A stretch of 64,000 nucleotides of DNA from the human T2T-CHM13v2.0 reference genome, Homo sapiens: the NCBI RefSeq assembly GCF_009914755.1, contig NC_060944.1. One strand, 5' to 3'. A program made the translations under genes and the position numbers. Below the pieces are notes generated by a model. That model did no database searches. It was not told the DNA's origin and saw nothing but the letters and a program-made list of their open reading frames with translations. How positions within the stretch are numbered: position 1 is the first letter of the stretch; the number at the start of each line of letters is the position of its first letter. This document shows, piece after piece, positions 1 through 11,809 of the stretch.

Positions 1-1152
1 CTGCTCCCCAGGAAGGCCCTTCCTGGTGCTGTTCCCTCCCCTCCTGCAGGTGCCTTTGGGGTCCTGCCTGGGCTGCAGCACCAGCTTGGCTTGAGGAAGG
101 TCCCTGGTCTCCAGAAGCAGCAGTGACTGCTTAGGGATGCTCACCCAGCAGCCGCTTTCTCTGGGCAGCCTTTGTGCTCCCATAGGGGTGAGTCCTTTGA
201 GACAGGGACCTGGGCCATCCTCTCAGCTTCCCTGGGTCCAGGCCAGGGGGACACATGGGTGGGGCACTTTCTGGCTCTTGGCGTTTGTGGGGGAGTCACG
301 CAGGGAGTAGGGGAATATTCTTCTGTTCTGCAAGAAGGGGCTTGTAACCTCTTTTTATAGGACTGGAAAACCTTGACACCCCCTAGTCCATAATTTGCAG
401 CAGGTACTCCCAGGGCCTACCTGGCTCACATTCCTCACCCCTACTGTTTCTCCACACGTTTGCAGTTCTGCAAGAAGGGAGGTGTTCTCTGTGTGTTTGG
501 GGTCCAGCAACTGTGAGGGACCCAGCAGGCCGACACCTCCCATCTGTTTCTGTCCCCAGGATTCACGTGTTTTTCAAGGGCTAACGGAAATGCTGAGATC
601 TAAAAGCATGTTTATTGCTGCCAAGGCCTGACGATGAAACTTCAAGTCAAATTAGTAAGCTTTATTAATGACTACAAAATTTAACATGATATTGAGAAGC
701 TACAACTCAATTTTTTTTGTCATTGTATATAGATTTTGTAAAGTTAAAATCACAAGGACAAAGTAATTTATTTTGATGAAACTCAGAATTGTTAAAAATT
801 CTTTCACTTTTTTAATAGCACAAATGTGCGGCCTGGTGACTGGCTTCCCTGGGGGATGGCTGCTCTGTGAGGGGCTGCCAGACCCTCTGCCTTGATTCCT
901 GTTCTTGGCCAGCCCAGGGTGGTGAGCCTGTGGAAGGAGGAGGGTAGACTGTGCCTGCCCTGGGGGTGGGAGTGGGGAGGACAAAAGACAGTGTTCCAGC
1001 TGCCGTCTGGCGTTTGCTGATTCTGAGTCACTGGATGAGAGTGAGGTGTGTGTATTTGCCTGCTGAGTGGGTGTGAATCTCACCCCGGAACCCAGGCCTG
1101 CCCAAATACCCAGGAGCTCCAAGAGCAGCCTGTGTCAGGCTTTAATCTGTGG

Positions 1153-1748
1153 ACACAAGCTCTGTGCTGTCATTCGCGTGTCATCGTTCGTGTCTTGGGC
1201 TATCCCTAGTATCCTCGCACACAAGCTCTGTGCTGTCATTCGCGTGTCATCGTTCGTGTCTTGGGCTATCCCTAGTATCCTCGCACACAAGCTCTGTGCT
1301 GTCATTCGCGTGTCATCGTTCGTGTCTTGGGCTATCCCTAGTATCCTCGCACACAAGCTCTGTGCTGTCATTCGCGTGTCATCGTTCGTGTCTTGGGCTA
1401 TCCCTAGTATCCTCGCACACAAGCTCTGTGCTGTCATTCGCGTGTCATCGTTCGTGTCTTGGGCTATCCCTAGTATCCTCGCACACAAGCTCTGTGCTGT
1501 CATTCGCGTGTCATCGTTCGTGTCTTGGGCTATCCCTAGTATCCTCGCACACAAGCTCTGTGCTGTCATTCGCGTGTCATCGTTCGTGTCTTGGGCTATC
1601 CCTAGTATCCTCGCACACAAGCTCTGTGCTGTCATTCGCGTGTCATCGTTCGTGTCTTGGGCTATCCCTAGTATCCTCGCACACAAGCTCTGTGCTGTCA
1701 TTCGCGTGTCATCGTTCGTGTCTTGGGCTATCCCTAGTATCCTTGCAT
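1153..1748. repeat. 66-bp minisatellite, 9 copies, essentially identical
   Basis: Unit ACACAAGCTCTGTGCTGTCATTCGCGTGTCATCGTTCGTGTCTTGGGCTATCCCTAGTATCCTCGC recurs at 1153, 1219, ... with 66-bp period (22-aa period in ORF track). Confidence 0.97.
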
Positions 1749-2634
1749 ATTGTTTCGCCTGCCCAGAACATGTGTGTTTGAGGTTGTCTTGCTCTCTCAT
1801 ATAACATGTGCCTCTTGCTATCTCTTGTGTAACATATATGTTCTATATAGGACCCTGATTCTACCTTCCCCCTTCTGGAGGGACCACCCCACCCTTGGCA
1901 GGTTGGGGGAGGGCAGGACTCTATTAGGGGTCTAGAGATACCTGGGCCATTTCATCTGCACCACCAGTTCTCCTCCGTGGGAGCGTTTCTGGGTCCAGGG
2001 CTGGGCCCCTGCCAACCCCAGGGAGCACTGTCAGTGTCACACCTGGCCAATCCCCTAGCCAGGTGACCAGGCCTGTCCTTCACTCTAAGACTGCGCCTGT
2101 GAGGGGCCAGGTGCCTGCCTCCTGCGGGGCTCTGCTGACCACACTCTCAGAGGATATCTGCTGAGACCAGAGCTCACAGGCCTAGCCTGGCAGCCGTATT
2201 ACTGAATAATGGCCAAGTTAGGAAGGTTCCCAGGGCTGGGGGTCCTGGGGTAGGCTTCTTGGAGGAGGTAGGACTGGAGCTGGCTGGGGTGGGGCAGGAT
2301 CCATGCAAGGGGCCAGAATCTGCACATGGGCCAGGATCTGTGCATTGAGGCCAGGATCTCTGCATGGGGGCAGGAGTCTCTGCGGGGAGGACTTTTAGGG
2401 GGTAACAGGATCTGTGCAGCGTGCAGGATCTTTGCAGTGGGGCCAGGATCTGTGCAGTGGGTAGGATCTACATTGGGAGTCAGTGTCTGTTCAAGGGAGT
2501 CGGGGGACAGGACCCGTCCAGGGAGGGCAGGATCTGTACAGAGGGACCAAGATCTACGCACGGGGATAGCATCTATGTGGGGTGGGGGCACGGTCTGTGC
2601 CAGGTTTTGGGGGCACTAGATCTTTGCAGGTGTG

Positions 2635-3990
2635 GCCAGGATCTGTGCAAGGGGTAGGATCTGTGCAGAGTGGCCAGGATCTGTGCAGAGTGGCCAGGAT
2701 CTGTGCAGGGAGGGCAGGATCTGTGCAGAGTGGCCAGGATCTGTGCAGAGTGGCCAGGATCTATGCAGGGAGGGCAGGGTCTGTGCAGAGTGGCCAGGGT
2801 CTTTGCAGGGTGGCCAGGATCTGTGCAGGGAGGCCAGGATCTGTGCAGAGTGGCCAGGATCTGTGCAGGGAGGCCAGGATCTGTGCAGAGTGGCCAGGAT
2901 CTGTGCAGAGTGGCCAGGATCTGTGCAGAGTGGCCAGGATCTGTGCAGGGAGGCCAGGATCTGTGCAGAGTGGCCAGGATCTGTGCAGGGAGGGCAGGAT
3001 CTGTGCAGAGTGGCCAGGATCTGTGCAGAGTGGCCAGGATCTGTGCAGGGAAGGCAGGATCTGTGCAGAGTGGCCAGGATCTGTGCAGAGTGGCCAGGAT
3101 CTGTGCAGAGTGGCCAGGATCTGTGCAGGGAGGCCAGGATCTGTGCAGAGTGGCCAGGATCTGTGCAGAGTGGCCAGGATCTGTGCAGGGAGGCCAGGAT
3201 CTGTGCAGAGTGGCCAGGATCTGTGAAGAGTGGCCAGGATCTGTGCAGGGAGGGCAGGATCTGTGCAGAGTGGCCAGGATCTGTGCAGAGTGGCCAGGAT
3301 CTGTGCAGGGAGGGTAGGATCTGTGCAGAGTGGCCAGGATCTGTGCAGAGTGGCCAGGATCTGTGCAGAGTGGCCAGGATCTGTGCAGAGTGGCCAGGAT
3401 CTGTGCAGGGAGGGCAGGATCTGTGCAGAGCGGCCAGGATCTGTGCAGAGTGGCCAGGATCTGTGCAGGGAAGGCAGGATCTGTGCAGAGTGGCCAGGAT
3501 CCGTGCAGAGTGGCCAGGATCCGTGCAGAGTGGCCAGGATCCGTGCAGGGAGGCCATGATCTGTGCAGGGAGGGCAGGGTCTGTGCAGAGTGGCCAGGAT
3601 CTGTGCAGAGTGGCCAGGATCTGTGCAGAGTGGCCAGGATCTGTGCAAGGAGGCCAGGATCTGTGCAGAGTGGCCAGGATCTGTGCAAGGAGGCCAGGAT
3701 CTGTGCAGAGTGGCCAGGATCTGTGAAGAGTGGCCAGGATCTGTGCAGGGAGGGCAGGATCTGTGCAGAGTGGCCAGGATCTGTGCAGAGTGGCCAGGAT
3801 CTGTGCAGAGTGGCCAGGATCTGTGCAGGGAGGCCAGGATCTGTGCAGAGTGGCCAGGATCTGTGCAGAGTGGCCAGGATCTGTGCAGGGAGGCCAGGAT
3901 CTGTGCAGAGTGGCCAGGATCTGTGCAGGGAGGCCAGGGTCTGTGCAGAGTGGCCAGGGTCTGTGCAGAGTGGCCAGGGTCTTTGCAAGG
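2635..3990. repeat. 20-bp minisatellite (GGATCTGTGCAGAGTGGCCA and variants), ~68 copies, degenerate flanks ~2290-4150
   Basis: Strict 20-bp phase visible line by line; variant cores AGTGGCC, GGAGGCC and GGAGGGC. Confidence 0.97.
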
Positions 3991-5351
3991 GGGCAGGATC
4001 TTTGCAGGGGGGACAGGTTGTGTGCAGGCAGGTGCGCAGGGTCAATGCAGGGGGCAAGGTCTGTACCGTGGGCTAGGGGTCTATGTGGGTGGGGGGCAGG
4101 TTCTGCGCAGGGGGCCTAGGCTGTTCAGCATGCCAGGGTCTGTGCTGGGGGTTTGCCGCAGGCACAAGGGAGGGAGAAGCTGTCCTGGGTTCTATGGTTA
4201 TGAACATGTCAGGGCAGAATGACACAGAACACACAAGAAGTTCAAGGGAACACATTATGAGATTGTGAACACCTGGACTGGGGAGGCCACGGCCTTCTGC
4301 TGGACCCTGAACGGCTCCCACAGAGGGAGTTGAGGTCTCTATTGACTCCTGAAAGGCCAGGCAAGGCAGAGCTGGGAGCTGCCTTGGTGGGGGTGCAGGT
4401 GGCTGGTTGCTATTGCTGGGTGAGAAGGCTTGGGGTCAAAAGAGGTGGGGGTCAGGGAGCTAGGTCTGACCTCGTCCCCCCTCCTTTCTTCCTGTCCTCC
4501 TATCCCCAGCGTGTTTTCCTCCCTCTTCTCCCATCCTTCCTTACCCATCCTCTCTCTTGATCTCTCCATACTTCCTCCCCACTCCTTTCCCTTTCCTCCT
4601 CCTCCCCATCCCAACCCCTCATCCTCCCTGTCTCTGCCTGTAGGGAGGAAGCTGTGGGGTGACCCAGGTGGAAGACAGACATGCGAAGGGAGAGGTGTCT
4701 GCAGTAGCAGGGATGAGGTGCTTGTGTCCCACACTCTGCCCTGGCCTCTGACACTGGTTCCTGGTCCGGGGACATCAGGTTGGGCTCCTTTGTCCTTCCC
4801 TTACGAGGTCTCTGCTCTGCCCACCCTCAGTGCCTACAGTGCCCAGGCTGGGTCCCAGGCTGGGAGGCAGGCTCAGGAAGCTCGGGTAGGAGGGTCTAGG
4901 GTCTCCTGCTCAGACCTTGGTGAGCCCAGCTGGGGCGGAGGGCTGCAGGAGTCCGAGCCTGCCTGGATTCCTGCCCCCTCTCGGCTCCTGAGGTCAGGGG
5001 GCTCACCCTCGAGCTTTGCCTGGAGAGCGTGTTTGTGCATGTGTGTGTCCTCTGGGTGTCGGAGGGCCTTGGTCTGTGTCTGCCTGTTCCCAAAGGTGTC
5101 CATGCACACTCTAGGTCTACCCATGTGCCTGCGTGCACGTTGGCGTCATCTTGCATGTGTGTGGCCCGTGTGTTTGTGCATCCCTGTGAGTGTCTGCATT
5201 TCTGAGTGTGTACCCATCCATGTCTCTGTGTGTTCACCCGTATGCCTGTCTGGGCATCTGTGTGTGTGTTTGCAGGAATGTGTGTCCCCATGTGTCCCTT
5301 GAGTGTCTCTGTTGACGTGCCCCGTGCCTTCACACGTGTCCCTGAGTCTTG

Positions 5352-5481
5352 GTTGCCGTGAAGATGCAGGGAGAAATCCTGGGGGACAGCGAGGGATGCT
5401 GGGTCCTGGGGCATCTGCCTGTTCCGTCCTCTCCTGATTTGCCAGGTATCCTAGCAACGCTGCTGCCAGTTGCCTAGCAAC
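5352..5481. promoter_or_regulatory. Cluster of RFX X-box-like motifs
   Basis: GTTGCCTAGCAAC at 5469-5481 (near-perfect palindromic X-box), GTATCCTAGCAAC at 5446-5458, GTTGCCGTG half-site at 5352. Confidence 0.55.
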
Positions 5482-5753
5482 CAGGTCCCCACTCATGGAG
5501 AAGGTGCTCGGAGCAGGGTCTGAGCTGTGTGGGGAGAGGTCTGGTTTTCCTGCAAAGCTCGTGCAGGAAGTACAACCCCATGACCGGGAGGGAGCTGGTG
5601 ATTCAGCTCAGGGGTCACCCACACAGCCTTGACCTGTGACCTTTCATCTCAGTGGATCAGGCATGGGACCCCCGTGCTGAGAAGGAGGCAACTCTGAAGG
5701 GGCCATTCAGCTGTGTGGGTGCCAGGGGCCTGTCTGCAGGAGTGATGCTCAGC

Positions 5754-6103
5754 CACTGATCTGGGGCCCAGCTGTGGCAGAGGTGCCCTGGGCACTGATC
5801 TGGGGCCCAGCTGTGGCAGAGGTGCCCTGGGCACTGATCTGGGGCCCAGCTGTGGCAGAGGTGCCCTGGGCACTGATCTGGGGCCCAGCTGTGGCAGAGG
5901 TGCCCTGGGCACTGATCTGGGGCCCAGCTGTGGCAGAGGTGCCCTGGGCACTGATCTGGGGCCCAGCTGTGGCAGAGGTGCCCTGGGCACTGATCTGGGG
6001 CCCAGCTGTGGCAGGGGTGCCCTGGGCACTGATCTGGGGCCCAGCTGTGGCAGAGGTGCCCTGGGCACTGATCTGGGGCCCAGCTGTGGCAGAGGTGCCC
6101 TGG
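5754..6103. repeat. 39-bp minisatellite, 9 copies
   Basis: Unit CACTGATCTGGGGCCCAGCTGTGGCAGAGGTGCCCTGGG; 13-aa period in ORF track. Confidence 0.97.
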
Positions 6104-6715
6104 ACGTGTCTCCAAGTGACGAACAGACCCGGGTTTCACCCCGTCTCTGCCACTGTGACAGGTGGCCTCACACCTCTGAGGCTTCGTGCTCTCAGCAGTG
6201 GCCGGGTATGGTGGGGGTGACTGAGCTCCAGGAGCACACAGCAGGTGCTGGGCCAGTGCCGTGTCCTGGACCCAAGCATCTTACCCGCTTGTTTACGACG
6301 AAGCTTTGATCTGTCGAGAGCTGGCCGGGTGGGGGCATTTCGGTGTGCCGGGAGCCCAGCTGGGGGGTCCGGGCCAGTCTGTCCAAGGCTGTGTCTCCGT
6401 GTGAGTCGTGGTCCCCGTGTCTGTGTGTCCTTGTGTGTGTCTCTCTGTCCTGTGTCTCCAATCCTGTGTCTGTGAACCCGTGGGCATCTCTGTCCGTGTG
6501 TCCTGGCCTGTGCGTGTGTGTCTGTCTGGGGTCTGTGGGTCTGAGCCTCCTTTTTCATCTCTGTTTGTGTGTCCTGGACTGTGTGTCTGTCCCCGTCCAG
6601 TGTGGGGCCGGCGCAGCCCTGGGTGCGGTGACCCACCTTCCCGCAGCCCCCACCTCCTCCAGCCTGCATAGCCCCTCCCCTTCTGGAGCTGCAGCCTCCT
6701 CCCCCTCCCCCCCAG

Positions 6716-6866
6716 CTTCGGGCTGCCGGCTCACTCGGCTGCTGCGTCTGGTCTGGCGTCTGCTGAGAAGATCCTCTTCTACCCTGCTCTGCACCTGTGC
6801 TCGACTGCCAGCCGGCTGAGGGCGGGGGTCTCCACGGTGGTCCCAGCTCCCAAGGAGGTTGCAGAA
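6716..6866 (+). other. OPRL1: OPRL1 non-coding 5'UTR exon (151 nt)
   Basis: Polypyrimidine tract plus CAG acceptor ending 6715; donor GAA|GTAAGG at 6867; next acceptor TCCCAG| at 7437 precedes the ATG exon. Confidence 0.8.
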
Positions 6867-7470
6867 GTAAGGGCCTGAGCCGCTGGAGGTCGGGTGGGGG
6901 TCCTGCTGACAGACTGCAGCAAAGCAGGGCGGGTGGAGGGGGCAGGAGGAAGCTGGGTCCCAGGCGTTTCTGGGTGTGTCTCAGTCTCTTTTGTGCCTGC
7001 GTGTGCGTGAGGGCAGGTTTGGGCATTTCTGTGTGTCTGTGTGTGTGACTTGTGTCCCTGCATCCCTGTGCCTGTGAACACGCGAGTGGCTGTGTGTTCA
7101 TCAGTCCCTGTGGGTGGACACGTGTCCTGGGGTGTAGCTGCCTCCAGGCACCCTGTGTGTGAGTCTCTAAACCAAATGGGACCGTGTCCTTGCGGGTGCA
7201 TGTGTGTCTTTGTGTTCTGTGAGTCCCTGTCTGTGCACACGTGTCCTCGTGTCTCCATGTGTCCCTGCATGTGCATGTGTGCCTGTGTGTTCTGGTGTGT
7301 GTGCCCGTGTGCCTCAGTGTCTGTGGCTGCCCAGCGTGGGGGTCCATGTGCCTGCTGGGCTGCACGTGCTGGGTTGTGAGGCCTCCGCTGGGCGTGTGTC
7401 TGGCACTGCAGCCACTTGTCTCTGCGCTCTGTCCCAGGTACCGTACAGAGTGGATTTGCAGGGCAGTGGC

Positions 7471-7703
7471 ATGGAGCCCCTCTTCCCCGCGCCGTTCTGG
7501 GAGGTTATCTACGGCAGCCACCTTCAGGGCAACCTGTCCCTCCTGAGCCCCAACCACAGTCTGCTGCCCCCGCATCTGCTGCTCAATGCCAGCCACGGCG
7601 CCTTCCTGCCCCTCGGGCTCAAGGTCACCATCGTGGGGCTCTACCTGGCCGTGTGTGTCGGAGGGCTCCTGGGGAACTGCCTTGTCATGTACGTCATCCT
7701 CAG
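7471..7703 (+). CDS. OPRL1: Nociceptin/orphanin FQ receptor, coding exon 1 (exon begins 7438)
   Basis: [43 protein letters not shown]...[11 protein letters not shown]; three N-glycosylation sequons; TM1 GN motif; donor CAG|GTAGGC; 233 nt. Confidence 0.98.
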
Positions 7704-8235
7704 GTAGGCTGGGCCCCAAGGTTCCTGTCTGGTGAGTCCCACACGGCTGCAGAGGGGGAAACTGAGACGGGGTCTGTTCTGGATGGGCCTGAGCAGGTGT
7801 TGATTTCCTGCTTCCCCCATTCAATGTTTTTGACGCTGTCCAGGAGGCAGGGTCAATCCTGAGGCCCTGGGTGCTCCCCTCCACAGGGAGGGGAGGGGAG
7901 GGGGCTGGCCCTGGCCCACCGCGCTCTGTCCCAGGCAGAGACGTCACCACCCTGACCTCTGGTTTGAGCTGTGGACCAGGCTCTGTGTCAAGCTGTCTGC
8001 TTGAATGACCTCATGAGATCCCACAGCGGCCCTGGGAGAGTCTTTTTTCAGCCCATTCCCTAGATGGGCGAAGGGAGGCGCAGGGGCTGGAGCTCGGACC
8101 GTTCTGAAACCCCTCTCAGGCTCCAGGGCTCCTGCTCATGGCAGGTGTCTGTGGCTGAGCCCATGATCTGTTGGTGCTCAGAGATGGGAAAACTTGTGGG
8201 GGCCATTGAGAGAGCAGCTGATAGTTGAGATTGAG

Positions 8236-10530
8236 GGGGCAGTGTGGGGGCAGTGTGTGGGGGGCGGTGTGTGGGCAGTGGGTGGGGGTCAGTGTGTGGC
8301 AGTGTGTGGGGGGCAGTGTGGGGGCAGTGTGGGGGTCAGTGTGGGGGTCAGTGTGGGGGCAGTGTGGGGGTCAGTGTGGGGGCAGTGTGGGGGGGGCAGT
8401 GTGGGGGCAGTGTGTGCGCAGTGTGGGGGCAGTGTGTGGGGGCAGTGTGGGGGCAGTGTGTGGGGCAGTGTGGGGGCAGTGTGGGGGCAGTGTGTGGGTC
8501 AGTGTGTGCGCAGTGTGGGGGTCAGTGTGGGGGCAGTGTGGGGGTCAGTGTGGGGGTCAGTGTGGGGGCAGTGTGGGGGGGGCAGTGTGGGGGCAGTGTG
8601 TGGGGACAGTGTGGGGGCAGTGTGGGGTCAGTGTGGGGGTCAGTGTGGGGGCAGTGTGGGGGGGGCAGTGTGGGGGCAGTGTGTGGGGACAGTGTGGGGG
8701 CAGTGTGGGGTCAGTGTGGGGGTCAGTGTGGGGTCAGTGTGGGGGCAGTGTGGGGGGGGCAGTGTGGGGGCAGTGTGTGGGGACAGTGTGGGGGCAGTGT
8801 GGGGTCAGTGTGGGGGTCAGTGTGGGGTCAGTGTGGGGGCAGTGTGGGGGGGCAGTGTGTGGGTCAGTGTGGGGGCAGTGTGGGGGCAGTGTGTGGGTCA
8901 GTGTGGGGGCAGTGTGGGGGCAGTGTGGGGGGCAGTGTGGGGGCAGTGTGGGGGGCAGTGTGGGGGGCAGTGTGGGGGCAGTGTGGGGGCAGTGTGGGGG
9001 GCAGTGTGGGGGGCAGTGTGTGGGTCAGTGTGCGGGCAGTGTGTGGGGGTCAGTGTGGGGGGCAGTGTGGGGGCAGTGTGTGGGTCAGTGTGGGGGCAGT
9101 GTGTGGGTCAGTGTGGGGGCAGTGTGGGGGGCAGTGTGGGGGGCAGTGTGGGGGGCAGTGTGGGGGCAGTGTGGGGGCAGTGTGTGGGTCAGTGTGGGGG
9201 CAGTGTGGGGGCAGTGTGTGGGTCAGTGTGCGGGCAGTGTGTGGGGGGCAGTGTGTGGGTCAGTGTGGGGGCAGTGTGGGGGGCAGTGTGGGGGTCAGTG
9301 TGGGGGTCAGTGTGGGGTCAGTGTGGGGGCAGTGTGGGGGTCAGTGTGGGGGCAGTGTGGGGGCAGTGTGTGGGTCAGTGTGGGGGCAGTGTGGGGGGCA
9401 GTGTGGGGGGCAGTGTGGGGGCAGTGTGTGGGGGGCAGTGTGCGGGCAGTGTGTGGGGGGCAGTGTGGGGGGCAGTGTGGGGGCAGTGTGGGGGGCAGTG
9501 TGGGGGCAGTGTGGGGGGCAGTGTGGGGGGCAGTGTGGGGGTCAGTGTGGGGGCAGTGTGGGGGCAGTGTGGGGGTCAGTGTGGGGGCAGTGTGTGGGGG
9601 GCAGTGTGGGGGCAGTGTGTGGGGGCAGTGTGTGGGTCAGTGTGCGGGCAGTGTGTGGGGGTCAGTGTGGGGGCAGTGTGGGGGGCAGTGTGGGAAAGCA
9701 GTGTGGGGGATAATGGGGAGCAACCAGGGGGATAGTGTGGGGATACTGTGGGGGACAGTGGGGAGCAGCCAGGGACATAACGGGGGACAGCGTGGGGGGA
9801 TAGTGTTAGGGACAGTGGGGGCAGCCAGAGGAATAGAAGGGGGATAGTGTGGGGGACAGTGGGGAGCACCCAGGGGGATAGCATGGGGGGACAGTGGGGG
9901 TGGCCAGAGGAATAGCGGGGGGATAGTGTGGGGGAGATGGTGTGGGGGGGATAGTGTCGGGGAGATCGTCTGGGGGGATAGCGTGGGGGAGATGGTGTGG
10001 GGGGGATATCGTGGGGGAGATGGTGTGGGGGGGATAGCATGGGGGAGATGGTGTGGGGGGGATAGCGTGGGGGAGATCGTCTGGGGGGATAGTGTCGGGG
10101 AGATGGTGTGGGGGGGATAGCGTGGGGAGATGGTATGGGGGGATAGTGTGGGGATAGTTGGGGGGAGCTGGGGCGATAGCGGGGAGATAGCATCGGGGGG
10201 ATAGTGTGGGGGATAGTGGGGGGATAGTGTGGGGGAGATGGTGTGGGGGGAGATGGTGTGGGGGGATAGCGTGGGGGAGATCGTCTAGGGGGATAGCGTG
10301 GGGGAGATGGTGTGGGGTGGATAGTGTGGGGGATAGTTGGGGGGAGCTGGGGGGATAGTGGGGGGATAGCATCGGGGGGATAGTGTGGGGGGGATAGTGT
10401 GGGGGATAGTGGGGGGATAGTGTGGGGGAGATGGTGTTGGGGGAGATGGTGTGGGGTGGATAGTCGGGGGGGAGCCGGGGGATAGCATTGGGGACAGCAT
10501 GGGCACAGCATGGGGGGCAGCGTGGGGGTG
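8236..10530. repeat. Composite G-rich array: (GGGGGCAGTGT)n ~8236-9710, then (GGGGGATAGTGT/GGAGATGGTGT)n ~9710-10530
   Basis: 11-13 bp units with G4-G8 runs throughout, inside the OPRL1 intron. Confidence 0.95.
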
Positions 10531-11809
10531 GGCAAGGAACCCTTCACGTGGATTGTGGATTGGGCAGGTAGAAGATGGAGATGACTTAAGCAGAAAGGGA
10601 GGGTTTTCTGGGCAGAGGAAATGATGGACCTCAAATCTATCCAGAGAAGAGAGAACTGAAGGGGCTGGGGACAGCAGGTGGGATCTTGAAGGCCCGGTTG
10701 GGGGAACTCTGTTCTTCAGGCAGTGGGGGGTTATGGGTGGTGCTTTAGCAGGAAAATGACTGACAGCTGGAATGAGGTTTCTTATTGGTCCAGGATGTTT
10801 GCCTGGACCCGGAAAAAGGTGATTCTGAAGAAAGTGCCCAGGGATCTAAAGCAAGTGTTCCCTCCTTACAACCTCAAAGGGCCCCAACCGGAGGTGTTAT
10901 GTAGGTAGAGGCGGGACAGGGTAGTGGGGGTGTTCAAGCTGCCACCATCCTAGCCCTGTCCTCTTAGTGTCCCTGAGAAAAGCTGTTCCCCTCTGGGCCT
11001 TGTTTTTCCCATCTGGAAAGTGAGCAAGGTGGACCATGCAGCCACGTGTATATGTATGTGTGTGTACATGTGTGTGCAGGTGATGCGTGGTCAGACGAGA
11101 CAGTGGGAAGAACAGCTGTCCCTCCCCACTGCTGACTCCTAAGGGAGGCTCCTGGGGAGGTTGCCTCGTGATGTGCATGTCCCATTGTGGCTGGCGGGCG
11201 TGTCACGGCTGAGGAGTGCGGCAGCCTGGGGAAGTCCCTGGGCTTGAGCACCTTTCCTGATATGATCGCTTCTCTACTGTGTTTCTCCTCTGCATTGAGG
11301 CATTTAATCTCTCAGAGGCACTTCCTGGATTAGAGCAGACAGGGAAGGTCCTCTGCTGGCCAGAGTCCCCAGAGAGAGCAATGCTCAGGAGCTGCCGTGG
11401 CCACACTGGCCCGAGAGGCCGCATGCAGCATGTTTCCAGCCAGTGGGCTGGGGTGACCATCTTGGGAGTCAGGACACTCCGTTCTGAGCCCTGCTCTGCT
11501 TTTTACCAGCTCTAAGGCCTTAAAAAAACAACATAGATCCTCTTGGCCTCAGTTTCTTCCTCTATAGAGTGGGGATCAAAGTAGTATTTTTGCAAATCTT
11601 CAATGACATAAATTCCCCCTGAAGAGCTTGGCACAGGTATTTGCCATGATCATTGTCATTGTTGTTGTCTCTTCGTAATTGCGGCCTCTTTGTGCTTATT
11701 CATAATCCCTCTCTAACAGGCAGAACGGAGCCCCATATTTCCTCATGGCAGCTACACTGACACAGAATAGTGTCATCTTGGGTGCTGCTGCCACTGCCAA
11801 TATCGCTGC

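Noticed and set aside
6136-7950. 604-aa antisense ORF over the OPRL1 exons
   Set aside because: Non-ATG start, GC-rich and CA-repeat-derived composition, no recognisable domain; most likely a shadow ORF.
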